Shown in pieces: positions 38,740-51,477 of a stretch of DNA of 64,000 nucleotides. A model generated the notes under the pieces. The model did no database searches. It had not been told where the DNA came from and worked only from the letters and a program-made list of their open reading frames with translations. The DNA is taken from the NCBI RefSeq assembly GCF_006345805.1, contig NC_043004.1, positions 87,916,001-87,980,000 of the forward strand, read 5' to 3'. This DNA is from Octopus sinensis (taxonomy: Eukaryota). The position numbers and the translations under genes are program-made. Every line of letters begins with the position of its first letter. The first letter of the stretch is position 1.

Positions 38740-39180
38740 ATAGGGCTCTCACAGGTCTCGGGGCCTAATTCAGATTTATGTATGTTGTGACCTGCCACCA
38801 GTAAGTGAAAACTATAGGGTCCAGAACACTGATTTGCCAGGGCGCCTATAAAAGTAGAGGTGGGTAAAGAACCTCCTTCGGTCACAAGTGAACATGGGAT
38901 TGCATCTAGAGAATTCCCCTCCGAGACACAAGTCAAGACCAGCAATTTACGGAAGACCAGCAGTCACCCATGTATACCACTCTTCCCTCTCCACGCCACC
39001 GATGTTTTCCAAGGGGAAGGCAAAGGCCGATACAGCTTGGCATCGGTGACATCACAACTCATTTCTACTGATGAGTGAACTGGAACAACGTGAATTAAAG
39101 CGTCTTGCTCAATAACACTATACAGCTCGATCCGCGAATCAAATTAGCTACTTCACGATTGTAATCCCAACGAGCCATTT
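38740..39180 (-). mobile_element. SINE-like repeat (tRNA-like head, V/CORE-like gtgttattgagcaagacgcttt segment)
   Basis: A related head fragment is at 14641-14740. Confidence 0.5.
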
Positions 39181-40339
39181 GCTCGTATTGATCAGCTAGA
39201 TTTTGCTTTTAGGTTAAAACCGGATTCTCAGCAATAAAAGCAAACAAAACATATGACAGTATTCGGCTGACCCTGACAGCAAAACAAATGACGTCATAAA
39301 TGAATTAACCAACCGGAACGCTAGACAACCATCAGATTTAAACAAGCAAACACGACGTCTGATAAATAAATGATTTTCACAGATATTCAACTTAACAGAG
39401 CACTGGACTGCTATTACAAGACAATTGCACTGCACTGAACCTTGATAAAAAGTATTTGCTATCATAGATTCAAATCCACTAAAGTTTTGTGAAGCCTATT
39501 GGAGAAACAACATCTGAATTGATAGACTTAATGCGTCACTCTGTTTAACACACAACTAGCTAGTCTTCGGGTATCTTTAGTGGAGTCCAACTTGTTATGA
39601 GCATTCAGATCAATTACTTGGTCTGAAAATAAACTTCCTTCATCAGCCTTGTTGCTTTTAACTTGTTTTAATCCAGGGATTTACAGCCTGAAAGAGTTTA
39701 GTCGAACAAATGGACTTCAGTACTAGCTTTCTTTTAAAGTCTGATATATATCCTATTGTCTCTTTTGCCGAACCGCTAAGTTATAGGGAAGTAAACAAAC
39801 TAACAGTGGTTGTCGAGCAGCAGTAGAGGGAGGCAAACACACGCGCCCGCACACACACACACATACACACACACACCATGGTTACAAGTTCAGCACGGTA
39901 CCATGGCCAAGTGTCTACTAGATGGCCTCGGACCGATCAAAGCCTTGTGAGCGGATTTAGTTGACGGATACTGGAAGAAGCCCGTCGTATTTTATTTATT
40001 TTATCTAGTTTCAGCTCCCGAGCTGTGGCCATGCTGGGGCACCGTCATTTATATATATATATATTCTTTTTGTAATATGTTTCTATGATATATATTTATG
40101 TGTGTGTGTGTGATTTTGTGTCTGTATTCCCATCATCTATGTCGGTGTGTTTACGTCCTCGTTATTTTAGCGGTTCGGCAAAAGGGAACCGCTGGAATTA
40201 GTACCGGGCTTCAAAGAAAAAAAATAGATATAAATAAAAAGGTATTGGGACTGCAGTAGAAGACATTTGCTCAAGGTAGCTCACAGTGGGACAGAACCCG
40301 GAACCATGTGGCTGCAAAGCGAGTTTCTTAACCACACAA

Positions 40340-40925
40340 CCACGTCTGCACTTACTCTTTCCACCAAAGCCGCAAAGCCTGAAAATTTTAGAGAGGGGAC
40401 CGGTCGATTGCATCGATTTCAGTATTTCACTAGTACATAATTTATAGATCCCGAAATGATGCAAAGCAAAGTCGACCTCGGTGGAATTTGAACTCAGAAC
40501 GTGAATTCGGACGAAATACCTATTTCTTTATTGCCCACAAGGGGCTACACACAGAGGGGACAAACAAGGACAGACAAACGGATTAAGTCAATTATATCGA
40601 CCCCAGTGCGTAACTGGTACTTATTTAATCGACCCCGAAAGGATGAAAGGCAAAGTCGACCTTGGCGGAATTTGAACTCAGAACGTAGCGACATACGAAA
40701 TACCTATTTCTTTACTACCCAGAAGGGGCCAAACACAGAGAGGACAAACAAGGACAGACAAACAGATTAAGTCGATTATATCGGCCCTAGTGCGTAACTG
40801 GTACTTATTTAATCGACCCCGAAAGGATGAAAGGCAAAGTCGACCTCGGCGGAATTTGAACGTAGCGGCAGACGAAATACCGCTGAGCATTTCGCCCGGC
40901 GTGCTAACGTTTCTGCCAGCTCGCC
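40340..40925 (-). mobile_element. SINE family M trimer (B-B-A tails)
   Basis: One head ggcggcgagctggcagaa..gttcaaattcc, body gcctttcatcctttcggggtcga, and junction aaagaaata|ggtatttcgt twice, period about 188 bp. Confidence 0.85.
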
Positions 40926-40969
40926 GCCCTCTGCGCTTAAATAAATGAATAAAATAAAATTTTCCTTAC

Positions 40970-41072
40970 CCTTTTCTTTGTCCACGTTGTTTTTTCGATA
41001 AGTAACGCACGTACTTCAATCCTTCCGAAAGCAATGCAGCTAAAGTTGTCGTTATTAACGCCAGTATTAAAC
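40970..41072 (-). CDS. SLC31A: Ctr/SLC31A copper transporter, TM1 exon (103 nt)
   Basis: ccaacag|GT TTA ATA...AAA GG|gtaagg gives (G)LILALITTTLAALLSEGLKYVRYLSKKQRGQRK(G), with the EGLK motif after TM1. Phase 1 in and phase 2 out, in frame with both neighbours. Confidence 0.92.
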
Positions 41073-41094
41073 CTGTTGGAATAAATTATTCGTT

Positions 41095-42165
41095 TCAACT
41101 TTTGGTACAAGGCCAGCAATTCCATGGAAGTGAGTGAGACGATTACATTGAACCCAATGCCCAGCTGGTTTTTATTTTATCGACCCCGAAAGGATGAAAA
41201 GCAAAGTGGACCGCGACGGAATTTGAATTCAGAACATAAAGCGAGAGATCAAATATCGAGAAGCAGTATGTCTGGCACGCTAACGATTCAGCTAGCTCGC
41301 CACCTAATTATCGCTCACCATATATTATAATAATATCGTTTCTATTAAAGGTACAAATCTTGACATTTTGGGGGAGGGTGTTAGTCGCTTACATCGACTC
41401 CACTGCTCTATTTGTTTCTATTGTATTGATTTCGAAAAGATGAAAAGAAAAGTCGACTTGTGCGGAATTTGAACCCAGAAAGTGAAGAGCCGGGAGAGTC
41501 ACAGCTAAGCATTTTGTCCGACATCGTAACGATCGCTCAAAATACTAATAATCCTTTCTACTATAGGCACAAGGCCAAAATATGAGGAAGGGGCAGTCGA
41601 TTACATCGACTCCGAAAGGATGAAGGGCAAAGTTATTCTCGGCGGAATTTGAACTTGGAACGTAAAGTGAGACGAAATGTCGCTAAGCCTTTTGCCCAGT
41701 ATGCTAACGATTCTTATTTCTTTATTGCCCACAAGGGGTTAAACATAGAGGAGACAAACAAGGACAGACAAAGGTATTAAGTCGATTACATCGACCCCAG
41801 TGCGTAACTGGTACTTAATTTATCAACCCTGAAAGGATGAAAGGCAAAGTCGACCTTGGCAGAATTTGAACTCAGAACGTAACGGCAGACGAAATACTGC
41901 TAAGCATTTCGCCCGGGATGCTAACGGTTCTGCCAGCTCGCCGCCTTAATAATAATGGTTTCGAATATTGGCACAAGGCCAGCAAGTTCGGGGGAGGGGC
42001 AAGTCGATTACATTGACCATAGTGTTCAACTGGCACTTATTTTATGAACATTGAAAGGATGAAAAGCTAAGTCGACCTCGGCGGAAATTGATCTCAGAGA
42101 GTAAAGGCAGACCAAATACCACTAAACATTTTCCCGACGCGGTAATGATTCTGCCAACATGCCAC
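41095..42165 (-). mobile_element. Cluster of about 5 SINE family M copies filling the Ctr intron
   Basis: Repeated gaaaggatgaaaggcaaagtcgacc-like bodies and ggcacaaggcc tails. Confidence 0.85.
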
Positions 42166-42228
42166 TGAACAAAAAAAAAAAGAAAAAAAAAGAAAAAAGA
42201 GGAAAGGTGTAATGATTTTCAAGCTTAC

Positions 42229-42295
42229 CCAAAATTGTATCAATGTGCCACCCATAGAACAGAAAATTTCCGGATGTGGAAAGTGAGAACGTAAC
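42229..42295 (-). CDS. SLC31A: Ctr/SLC31A copper transporter, pre-TM1 exon (67 nt)
   Basis: cattttttag-type acceptor (ttttag|GTT ACG) and donor TTG G|gtaagc give VTFSLSTSGNFLFYGWHIDTIL(G), matching the Ctr xxF...LF.GW pattern. Phase 0 in, phase 1 out. Confidence 0.88.
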
Positions 42296-43149
42296 CTAAA
42301 AATGAAGGCAGAAAAAAAAAATAAATAAAAAACAAAACTAAAAACAAAAAAAAAAACATTTTATTCTGTAAACCAAACGGCAATGTATTGCATGTCAGTT
42401 CACCCACGTATGAATATAATACTGGCATTTATTGTAATAAGCTTCAATACGACGTCACATAAAAATGTATTTTCACCGAAACCCGACTCGGAGGGGTTTC
42501 TGGGAAGTTCTAAAATAGGATGACGTTATTTTAAAAGCAATATTTGAAAAGACAGGCTTGGTTTTCATTATTATATTAAAAGACAGCGTATTTTCAGAAG
42601 ATAGATGTGAAATTATTTTGACGGCAAAATACATTGTGAAATATTCACTGTTATCACTCCTAACCCTGTACAGTCTATACAGGTATATATATTTGTGTGT
42701 GTGTATATATATATATGTTTATATATATATATATGTTTATATATATATATATATATATATATCATCACAATCAAGGAACGGCCATAATAGGCCATTCACC
42801 CACTAGAAATAACAGCCAAAAGCTTCAACCGCAAAATAACATCAATTCCGTAAACCAGGAGAAAATTAAAAAAACATTTACCCTGTAATTTCTTATACGA
42901 TGCACCGTTTCATCTACTGTTTAATGGTAAACTAACCTGATTAAATTAAATCAAGCCAATCTTCCATAGGCCCTTAGAATCATCAGTAAGAAATAGCCAA
43001 GTCGGAACAGATATTTTCACGAGGCATTTCCGTCTCTGCCTCGGCAATATCTGACCTAAAATTTTCAAATCATCGCACTCGCGCCAAATTCATCGGCAGC
43101 AAATAAATATAAGCCGCCGATTCCATTACGGAATTAACCAGAAAAAATA

Positions 43150-44020
43150 TATATACATATAGTTAATCCAAACAAGAAAACACAAAAAAACACAACAACG
43201 CGAGGACGTGGAACAAATATAGTATTATTGGACGCTCAGGAAAGAAGGGAAGACGGAGGGTTTAACGTTTCGAGCGGAGCTCTTCGTCGGAAACATAGGA
43301 GAAGGAAAGATCCAGAGAAGGGAAGACAGAGGAAAAAAATCGCCAACGGTACACACGGGGTCACATTTTGAAAGACCGGAAGTCGAAAGGGTGAAGAAGG
43401 TTGTTTTCAAAGACAGAAGAGTTCTCAAAGACAGTGTGGGAGGGGGAATGTATGTGGATGTGTGTGTGCGCGGAGGTCTGCGTGTGTGTGTATGTGTGCA
43501 ATGATGACACGTGTGTGTGTGTGTGTGTGTGTGAGTGTGTGTGTATGTGTGTATGGTTCTGGCTGCAAACAACAGGCTAGTGGCTGGCCAGTTTGTAAGA
43601 ATAAGGAGTGGTGTTTTTGTGTGTCCCAGCCACAAGTCAGAACAAAGAAGTATGTGTGTGTGTGTGCGTGTATGTATATGTATCGTGTGTGTGTTTTGTT
43701 AGTAGTGTGTGTATGCGTAGGGTTTGGGTGTGTGGCGAGTTACTGTGCTTAACTTAGTGTATGTGTGCGTGTGTGTGTATATATATGTATGTATAATTGT
43801 GTGCCGTGTGTATGGGATGTATGTGTGGGTTCATTTGTGTGTATGTGTGTATGTATGTGCGTGTAGTTGTGTGTGCGTGTATGTGTGCGTTTGTATGTGT
43901 GTGTGTGTAAGCGTATATGGATGTATATGCGTGTATCCGTGGGGTTGTGAGTTTTGGGTGTGTGCATTGGTGTGCGTGTGTGCGTGCGTATGTGCGTGTG
44001 TGTGTGTGAGTGTGTGTGTA
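43150..44020 (-). mobile_element. Penelope-type 3' UTR remnant with a hammerhead-like motif and a long TG-rich tract
   Basis: gttt-CCGACGA-agagctccgctc-GAAAC-GT-T-aaac at 43294-43260. Confidence 0.5.
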
Positions 44021-44084
44021 TTAGCTGAATTTTCCTTCGAACAATGGTCCTATTTTATATTGTATTGTAGCTGTTAACTTTGCG

Positions 44085-45140
44085 AATTTATAGAAAACTT
44101 TGGGATTTGTTTTTATGCTTTCCGCAGCCCTTCTCTGTCTGTTTCAATTACTTGCTTTCAATTACTAGGAGCGTTCGTGTTAAAACAGACTTCTCTCTAG
44201 CCGTCAGTTGTCTATTCAGCTGCTTTGAGATCTTTGACCTATGTCTCATGAGGATTTTTCTGTCCCTGGGAATATATTTAGTGCATATAGCTTGCACTGC
44301 TGACATAAAGTGGCTGAGTTTCAGATAAATGTCTCGCATACACATAATGTTGGACCAGTTTTGTTTGTGGATCTCTTTGCAGATCGATTCCCATCTCACC
44401 TTATGGAAATTCAGGTTGGATAAGGCTCAAGTCCTCCTGATAGGGTAGATGCCAACAGTTTGCACAGAACCATACATAGTTCAACAATGCTGTGGTATGA
44501 GAGTGACGTTGAGGTCACCTTCACATTATGGATGAGGTTCACATTATTTGTGAAGCATAGGTCCAATATGTTGTTCCCCCTCGTTGGCCTGAGTATCACT
44601 TGCTCCATGAACAGCTTATTAGTAAGTTCAAATAATGACTCTACATACTTTTGCTCATGCAGTGACATCCCAGAGAGGATGTGGCCTTCTGGTCATTTGA
44701 CATGTGGGAAGTTGAAATCACCCAGGAAGAGTATGTTGATGTTCTGATCTAGGTTTGTTAATACCTCTTCGATGTGTTTGAAGCTATCCTCAAATTTTCC
44801 ATCATATTTTGTGGTATTCGGCAGACGATATATCGTGCATATAGCTATATCAGTTTGCTTTATATATATTATTAAGGTGTCACAAACTGAGTTTGAATCT
44901 GACAATAATACAAGAGGTGTGACGTCTTCACGGATGTACATAGCAACTCCACCGTGCCTTCTTTCTCTTCTGTATGAACGAAATACAGCAAACCCTGGCA
45001 TGTGCACTTCCGCATCTGTTACATCAGGGGCTAGATGCGTTTCAGTGGATGCCGTGCATATTGCTTGATTGCATGTAGCAAGCTCTTTTAGAGAGAGAAT
45101 TTTACCTCTGTTGCTGAGTTGTAGCAAATCCCCCAATATC
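44085..45140 (-). mobile_element. CR1/L2-group LINE fragment: APE endonuclease and linker
   Basis: TETHLAPDVTDAEVHMPGFAVFRSYR...GGVAMYIR, TIYRLP, GDFNFP, PTRGNNILDLCFTN. Confidence 0.9.
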
Positions 45141-45149
45141 ATTTGTGTC

Positions 45150-46180
45150 AACCTTCCATCCCAGAAACACCAATATATTTGACCACATCCACAAAAACCT
45201 CTCCATTTCATATGCAGGTGGAAAAATGAGAAAAACCTTAGAAAAATAACAAATCATTGAGAGCAAAAGGCAGCCCGAAACAATAAAACTCATTCTCACT
45301 AGAGCAAAAACACAAAAAGAAATCCCCAACACAACTGTCAAAAAAATGCGAGAGAACAATGTGTGGCACTTGCCGTTACATAGCTGAAGGACCAGAATTT
45401 AGATTCAAAGACGGCCAAACCTTCAAAGTTAAATCCAGTTTCACCTGCAACACAGAAAACCTGATCTACGTAATCATATGCACTGGTTGCCGACATAATT
45501 ACAGAGGTGAGACGAGCGGATCGTTACGCGACAGAAAGGCAACTAATCGCCAACAGATCCGAGACAAAAACACGAAGGAAATTCCTTTAAGCAGTTACAT
45601 TGCAACCTGTGCAGGAATGGACTTATCCAATTTCAAAATCTTACCCTTCTACAGGTGCTCAGATCTTTTCAACCAACAACAAAGACTAAAAGAAAAGCAA
45701 TTTATTAACAAATATAAATCACAATTGAATATAGAACCAACCAATACCAATCAATAAATAAGAACGGATACTTATAGAAATTTAAGCATATTATTGATTT
45801 GGAAAATACTTTCCCATCAATTTTATCTTTTCTCCAAATATACACCTGTAGTTATGTCCTGTTATTATTTTTATTGTATTTATATTTGTGTAACATTGTC
45901 CATTTTTTCCGTCCTTGTTTTTATATACATTCGCAGCTTTCTTCTAAGGAATCTAATGCTCTTAGCTTAGTTTTTCCTTGGGGCTGGCCAGATTAGAGCA
46001 ATCTCAAGAATAATCAGCCGAAATTGCGAGGATAATCTGGTGCTTGACTGAAGAAAGAAAACTTCCAGTGACCCGTCCTTGTTTTCTTTGTATCGTCTAC
46101 CTGGATGTTTTGTTGTCACTTTTTGTATCACCTAGCTGTCCGGATGTTTTGCGTTCTTGTCCCATTTGGTATTTTCATAT
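45150..46180 (+). mobile_element. 5'-truncated Penelope-like element (GIY-YIG domain + 3' UTR), second family
   Basis: SKRQPETIKLIL, CGTCRY, FTCNTENLIYVIICTGC..Y.GET..SLRDR, EKQFINKYKSQLN. Confidence 0.88.
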
Positions 46181-46520
46181 ATATATATATAGCGACGCAC
46201 GTACACTTTGGTCTCATATATATATGTCTGCACACGCACACACGCACACACACACACACACACACAGAGCTGAAGACACTCAAAAGAAAACATCGCACGC
46301 ACAGAAAGGTAGGAAAACCATAATTCCTTGATAGAATTCTTAACAAGACATCACAACATACACACCTATTAACATAATTGTTTGCTCTGGTTGTACACAT
46401 CTTTTATTATTCCTATTATGTAATTTAATATGGCCGTTTTCGAATCAGTGAAATGAATTTGGGGAAATTGTGGTTATTCTTCTCAAATATTACTGAGTAC
46501 AAAAAAGTTACATGATTGAC

Positions 46521-46589
<69 letters not shown>

Positions 46590-46756
46590 TAATAATAAAA
46601 AAAGATTTTCTCAATTAAGAAGCTTGCTTCCAAATTTCACGGTTCCAGGTTTAGTCCCAATGCGCGGCACCTTGGGCAAGTGTTTTCAACTATGGTCCAG
46701 GCCAACCAAAGCCTTGTAAGCAGATTTGGTTGACGGAAACTGAAAGAAGCCCGTCG

Positions 46757-46828
<72 letters not shown>

Positions 46829-47340
46829 ATATTTAAATTTATAATAAGGACAATATCGATATTTAAATATCGATATTATCAAGTGGCCAAAGGTGATACT
46901 TTTTTACAACTAAAAATAAGGGTGTCTGAGAGACACCACCATGCCGAAATAGCAGTCAAAACCCTGACTCTAAATACCACGTTAAATGTTCATATCGTAC
47001 CATAAGATAAGACAGAGGGACAAAAGGGACTAGCAAAAAATATTGAATAATTCAAGATCCAGGATTTCTAGCTTCGCTTTAAATAAGCTTTGCCGTCATC
47101 GGTTGAATATATCAAAGTACATAAATACAGATATATATATATATGCAGAACAAACGTTATACTTACATATACGAACGTCCATACATATATATGCACGTAT
47201 ATACAAGGCCAGTTAAATTGCCCGCCAAACACCTCATAAGCACGATATGGTCAAAATAAACATCGCAGTGAATATAGTGACGAATTATATAAATTTATAA
47301 ATAAGGATAACATCGATATTTAAATATCGATAATATATAT

Positions 47341-47391
<51 letters not shown>

Positions 47392-47803
47392 CGTGTGTGT
47401 CTTTGTTTGTCCCCTCAACACCGCTTGACAACCAATGTTGGTGCGCTTGATCCCCGTAACTTGGCGGTTCGGCAAAAGAGAATCAATAGAATAAGTACCA
47501 GGCTTTAAAAAAGAAGTACTAGGGTCGATTCATTCATTCGACTAATAATTCAAGCCGGTGCCCCAGCATGGCCGTAGTCTAATGACTGAAACAAGTAAAA
47601 AAATAAATTAAAAACTTCTATGTCCAGCCATATAAAAAAAAGCGCGAAAAAAATTTGGATCCCACGTCCTTCCACAGTTTTCCCAGGTCTCACCGGTGGG
47701 GCATATTGGCCTCACGTGAGGAATCACTGCTCTAACCTATTCACAGTTGCTTTGGAAACATTAATTATGTGAGAAGCGAGACTTAATTACTTTTAACTCT
47801 TAC

Positions 47804-47830
47804 GTCCTTATGACCTTGTACACTTGTCAT
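47804..47830 (-). CDS. Candidate first coding exon of the Ctr gene (MTSVQGHKD)
   Basis: ATG ACA AGT GTA CAA GGT CAT AAG GAC|gtaaga: phase-0 donor compatible with the 42295 acceptor, and an in-frame stop lies upstream. No homology support; weak Kozak context. Confidence 0.25.
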
Positions 47831-48004
47831 ATAATTCAAGTTATTGGCTTTAACTTGAGCTCGACAATCAACAACCAATTACTGAATTAATTTTCGACCG
47901 ACAAAAATTTGTTGTATATGTTTACTACTGCGAAGACAAGCTTGTATTGTAACATATTTGGAGTGGTGCATCTAATGTTGTTAATCAGTATAGGATTAAT
48001 TCTC

Positions 48005-48340
48005 CATAGACGTATCAACAACAAGCAGGAAGAGCTAATCACAATCGAGGGGGCACCTGTGGAGGACGTTAGTGAGTTTGTCTATCTTAGCAGCAAGATC
48101 AGCAAATCAGGTGGATCAGACGAGGACATCACGGAAGCCTTCGCTATTCTTCGGCCGGTATGGAAGTCCACTGCCATCTTAACTCGAACTAAACTCTGCT
48201 TATTTAGTGCAAACGTAAAATATGTTCTCTTGTATGGCTCTGAAACATGGAGAGCCACCTGCAGCAACTACAAGAAGATTCAGACCTTCATCAACAAATG
48301 TCTCCAGCAGATCCTCCATCTGAAGTGGTTCGACAGAGCT
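48005..48340 (+). mobile_element. RTE-clade LINE fragment
   Basis: VEDVSEFVYLSSKISKSGGSDEDI, TKLCLFSANVKYVLLYGSETW, IQTFINKCLQQIL. Confidence 0.85.
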
Positions 48341-48459
48341 CGTCCAAAATGTTCTGCTTCGATGTCTGCTTCGGGCGTCCTTGCTTCCTTCCACGCTGCA
48401 ATTTTTTTGTTCCAGCACACGATCTCAGATCAGGTCACTTGCTATGCAAGTACACCTCC

Positions 48460-48800
48460 GCAACTTTAATAAGGGGATAAGGAATTTGTCGAAAAGATGA
48501 ATAACAAGGAAAGAGCAGTATGGCTGTCATTCATAGTAGTCATAAAATTTTTTCTTGGAAACAGAAAAGTAAATGATTATGAAATTCTTGAAAATAATAT
48601 GCTGTCGGCTTTCCATGACCTTGGGTGTAACATGAGCGTTAAACTCTATTTCCTCCACAGTCACCTCCAAAGCTTGGAGATTTAAGTGATAAACAAGGAG
48701 AACGCTTTCACCATGATTTCAAGACCATGGAAGAACGTTCTAAGAGCCGATGGGACAAAAACATGATGGCAGACTGATGCTGGAGCATTAAACGAGATTT
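48460..48800 (+). mobile_element. DNA transposase C-terminal remnant, Chapaev3-like
   Basis: FLGNRK.NDY...MLSAFHDLGCNMSVKLYFLHSHL, then LSDKQGERFHHD...RWDKNMMAD. Family assignment is from recalled motifs. Confidence 0.65.
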
Positions 48801-49414
48801 CCCAGAGAATGTCTAAAACACAGAAGTTGTAGGAGCAAATTCTTGCCTGAATAAGATCTATTTGTGTTTTATCCTAATCAATTCCTCAATCATGTACGTC
48901 TATCATTTCTATATAATGTATTTATTCAACTGAAAAGCAGGTGACGAAAAAAATTGGCACATTATAACATTACTCGGCAACGGAAAGAGAAATATTTTTA
49001 TAGCCTAATTCTTATTGTGGTGTACTAACTCGTATATATGAATAAAGTTAGTCTCAATGCATAGATATTTCCACCAGTTTGAGGACAGAATAACTAGAAA
49101 ATTATCAGATGTATTACATTTTATCTCGGGAAATATTCGAAATTTGGGAGATATAAAATAACCCTTAATTTCAAATTCTCTAGAACTTACAGAGAAAAAA
49201 AAAACTAACTTCATATTTGAATTCAGTATACTCAAATTAGGTAACACCAATAGTTGGAAACAATACTACAAAACTATTGTTAGCGAGTGTTATTAATAAA
49301 CAGATTTGCTTATGTTATAGATTAAAATTTTCAAATGTAATTCATTATGTGAAATTGTGTAAATCTTTTAAACCATCAAACCATATATCAAAATATATGC
49401 ATTCTTTTGGTACT

Positions 49415-49637
49415 CTTTTACTCTTTTACTCTTTTACTTGTTTCAGTCATTTAACTGCGGCCATGCTGGAGCACCGCCTTTAATCGAGCAACTCGACCCC
49501 GGGACTTATTCTTTTGTAAGCCCAGTACTTATTCTATCGGTCTCTTTTGCCGAACCGCTAAGTAACGGGGACATAAACACACCAGCATCGGTTGTCAAGC
49601 AATGCTAGGGGGACAAACACAGACACACAAACACACA

Positions 49638-49690
<53 letters not shown>

Positions 49691-49850
49691 CGACAGTTTT
49701 CTTTTCAGTTTCCGTCTACCAAATCCACTCACAAGGCTTTGATCGGCCCGAGGCTATAGTAGAAGACACTTGCCCAAGGTGCCACGCAGTGGGACTGAAC
49801 TCGGAACCATGTGGTTGGTAAACAAGCTACTTACCACACAGCCACTCCTG
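49415..49850 (-). mobile_element. CORE-type SINE, full length, young
   Basis: Near-identical to 11640-12053. Confidence 0.87.
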
Positions 49851-51248
49851 AGTAATTTTCGGTAAACATTAAAAAATTAAAGGAACGGCAATTTTGACAC
49901 GCTCAATGTCAAATTGTCTTAGTCACAAACAATAGTTAAAGTATTAAAGCTTGACTATAAACATGTAGTGTATATGTGCATTTACCTAGAATATCAATCA
50001 TAAAAGTTAGAAATACTTTTCACACGCATTTCGCTCATTGTCAAACTGTCCTAGTTACAAACAATAGTTAAATCGTTAAAGCTTCACTTTCAGTAGTTTC
50101 TTTTATAGTTGTTAAATATATATTCCCCAGTTTTTAGTTATAGTCTATATTTGTATTTAACTGGAAAATCAATCATAACAAATGTATTTCTTAGAAACCG
50201 GGAGTTCTCTAATTGAAGTAGGAACACCCACACAACGTTCAGGAAATTCAGAAGCTTTTAAATTTCTAATTTTTACTAAATATATAAATGACTTTATAAT
50301 TGAAAAGTCATGTGAAGCGAAACGGGCGTCAATACAAAAAAATTGCTTAGGATTAAACTAGAATAGATTACGAAAGTGAGAGACATTAAAAAAGTGTTAA
50401 ATGACATGAAAATGTATAATTGACAGGATGCATATTTATAAAATATCTTTCTAGACTTTCGTTTTGAATAAGGAACAATATTATTTTGCAGGTGTAGTTG
50501 ATTGACACGCATCAGAAATGTATTTTACTTATTTTCATCGTGTCAGACGGGAGGAAATGCAAAAACTCACACGCTATACATGTACATATGTTTAGACATA
50601 TTTGTTCACCGCAACACAATCTGACCTGTCAAATCTAAAACATAAAACTATAGCTTTAAAGCACTCCATAAGTAATTATTCACACGACTATTATTGTAAT
50701 ATAAATAAATAATATATATAAATAAATAATATTTATATATATAATATATAAATAATATATATATTCTTTTATTTTTTTCTATTCTTTTATTTGTTCCAGT
50801 CATTTAACTGTCGCCATGCTGGTCGGTCGAGCCAATCGACCCCAGGACTTCGCCTTTTAGTCGACTGTCGCCTTTTTAGTCGAGTCAATCGACCCCATTC
50901 TTTGTAAGCCTAGTATTTATTCTATCCTTTTCTTTTGCCGAACCGCTAAGTTACGGGATCGTAAAAAACACACCAGCATCGGTTGTCAAGCGATGTTGGG
51001 GGACAAATACAGACACACAAACATACACACACATACACTATATATATACGACAGGCTTCTATCAGTTTCTGTCTACCAAATCCACTCACAAGGCTTTGGT
51101 CGGCCCGAAGCTACAGTAGAAAATACTTGGCAGTGGGACTGAACCTGGAACCATGTGGTTGGTAAGCAAGCTTCTTACAAACAGCCACTCATAAATACAC
51201 ACACACATACAAACATATATATACACATATATACATATATATTTATGC

Positions 51249-51356
<108 letters not shown>

Positions 51357-51406
51357 ATATTTCGGAATGGTCATATTGCCAGTTTAGCCAATATTTAAAC
51401 GTACTA

Positions 51407-51449
<43 letters not shown>

Positions 51450-51477
51450 ATATATATATTTATAATAGGATTAGCTC

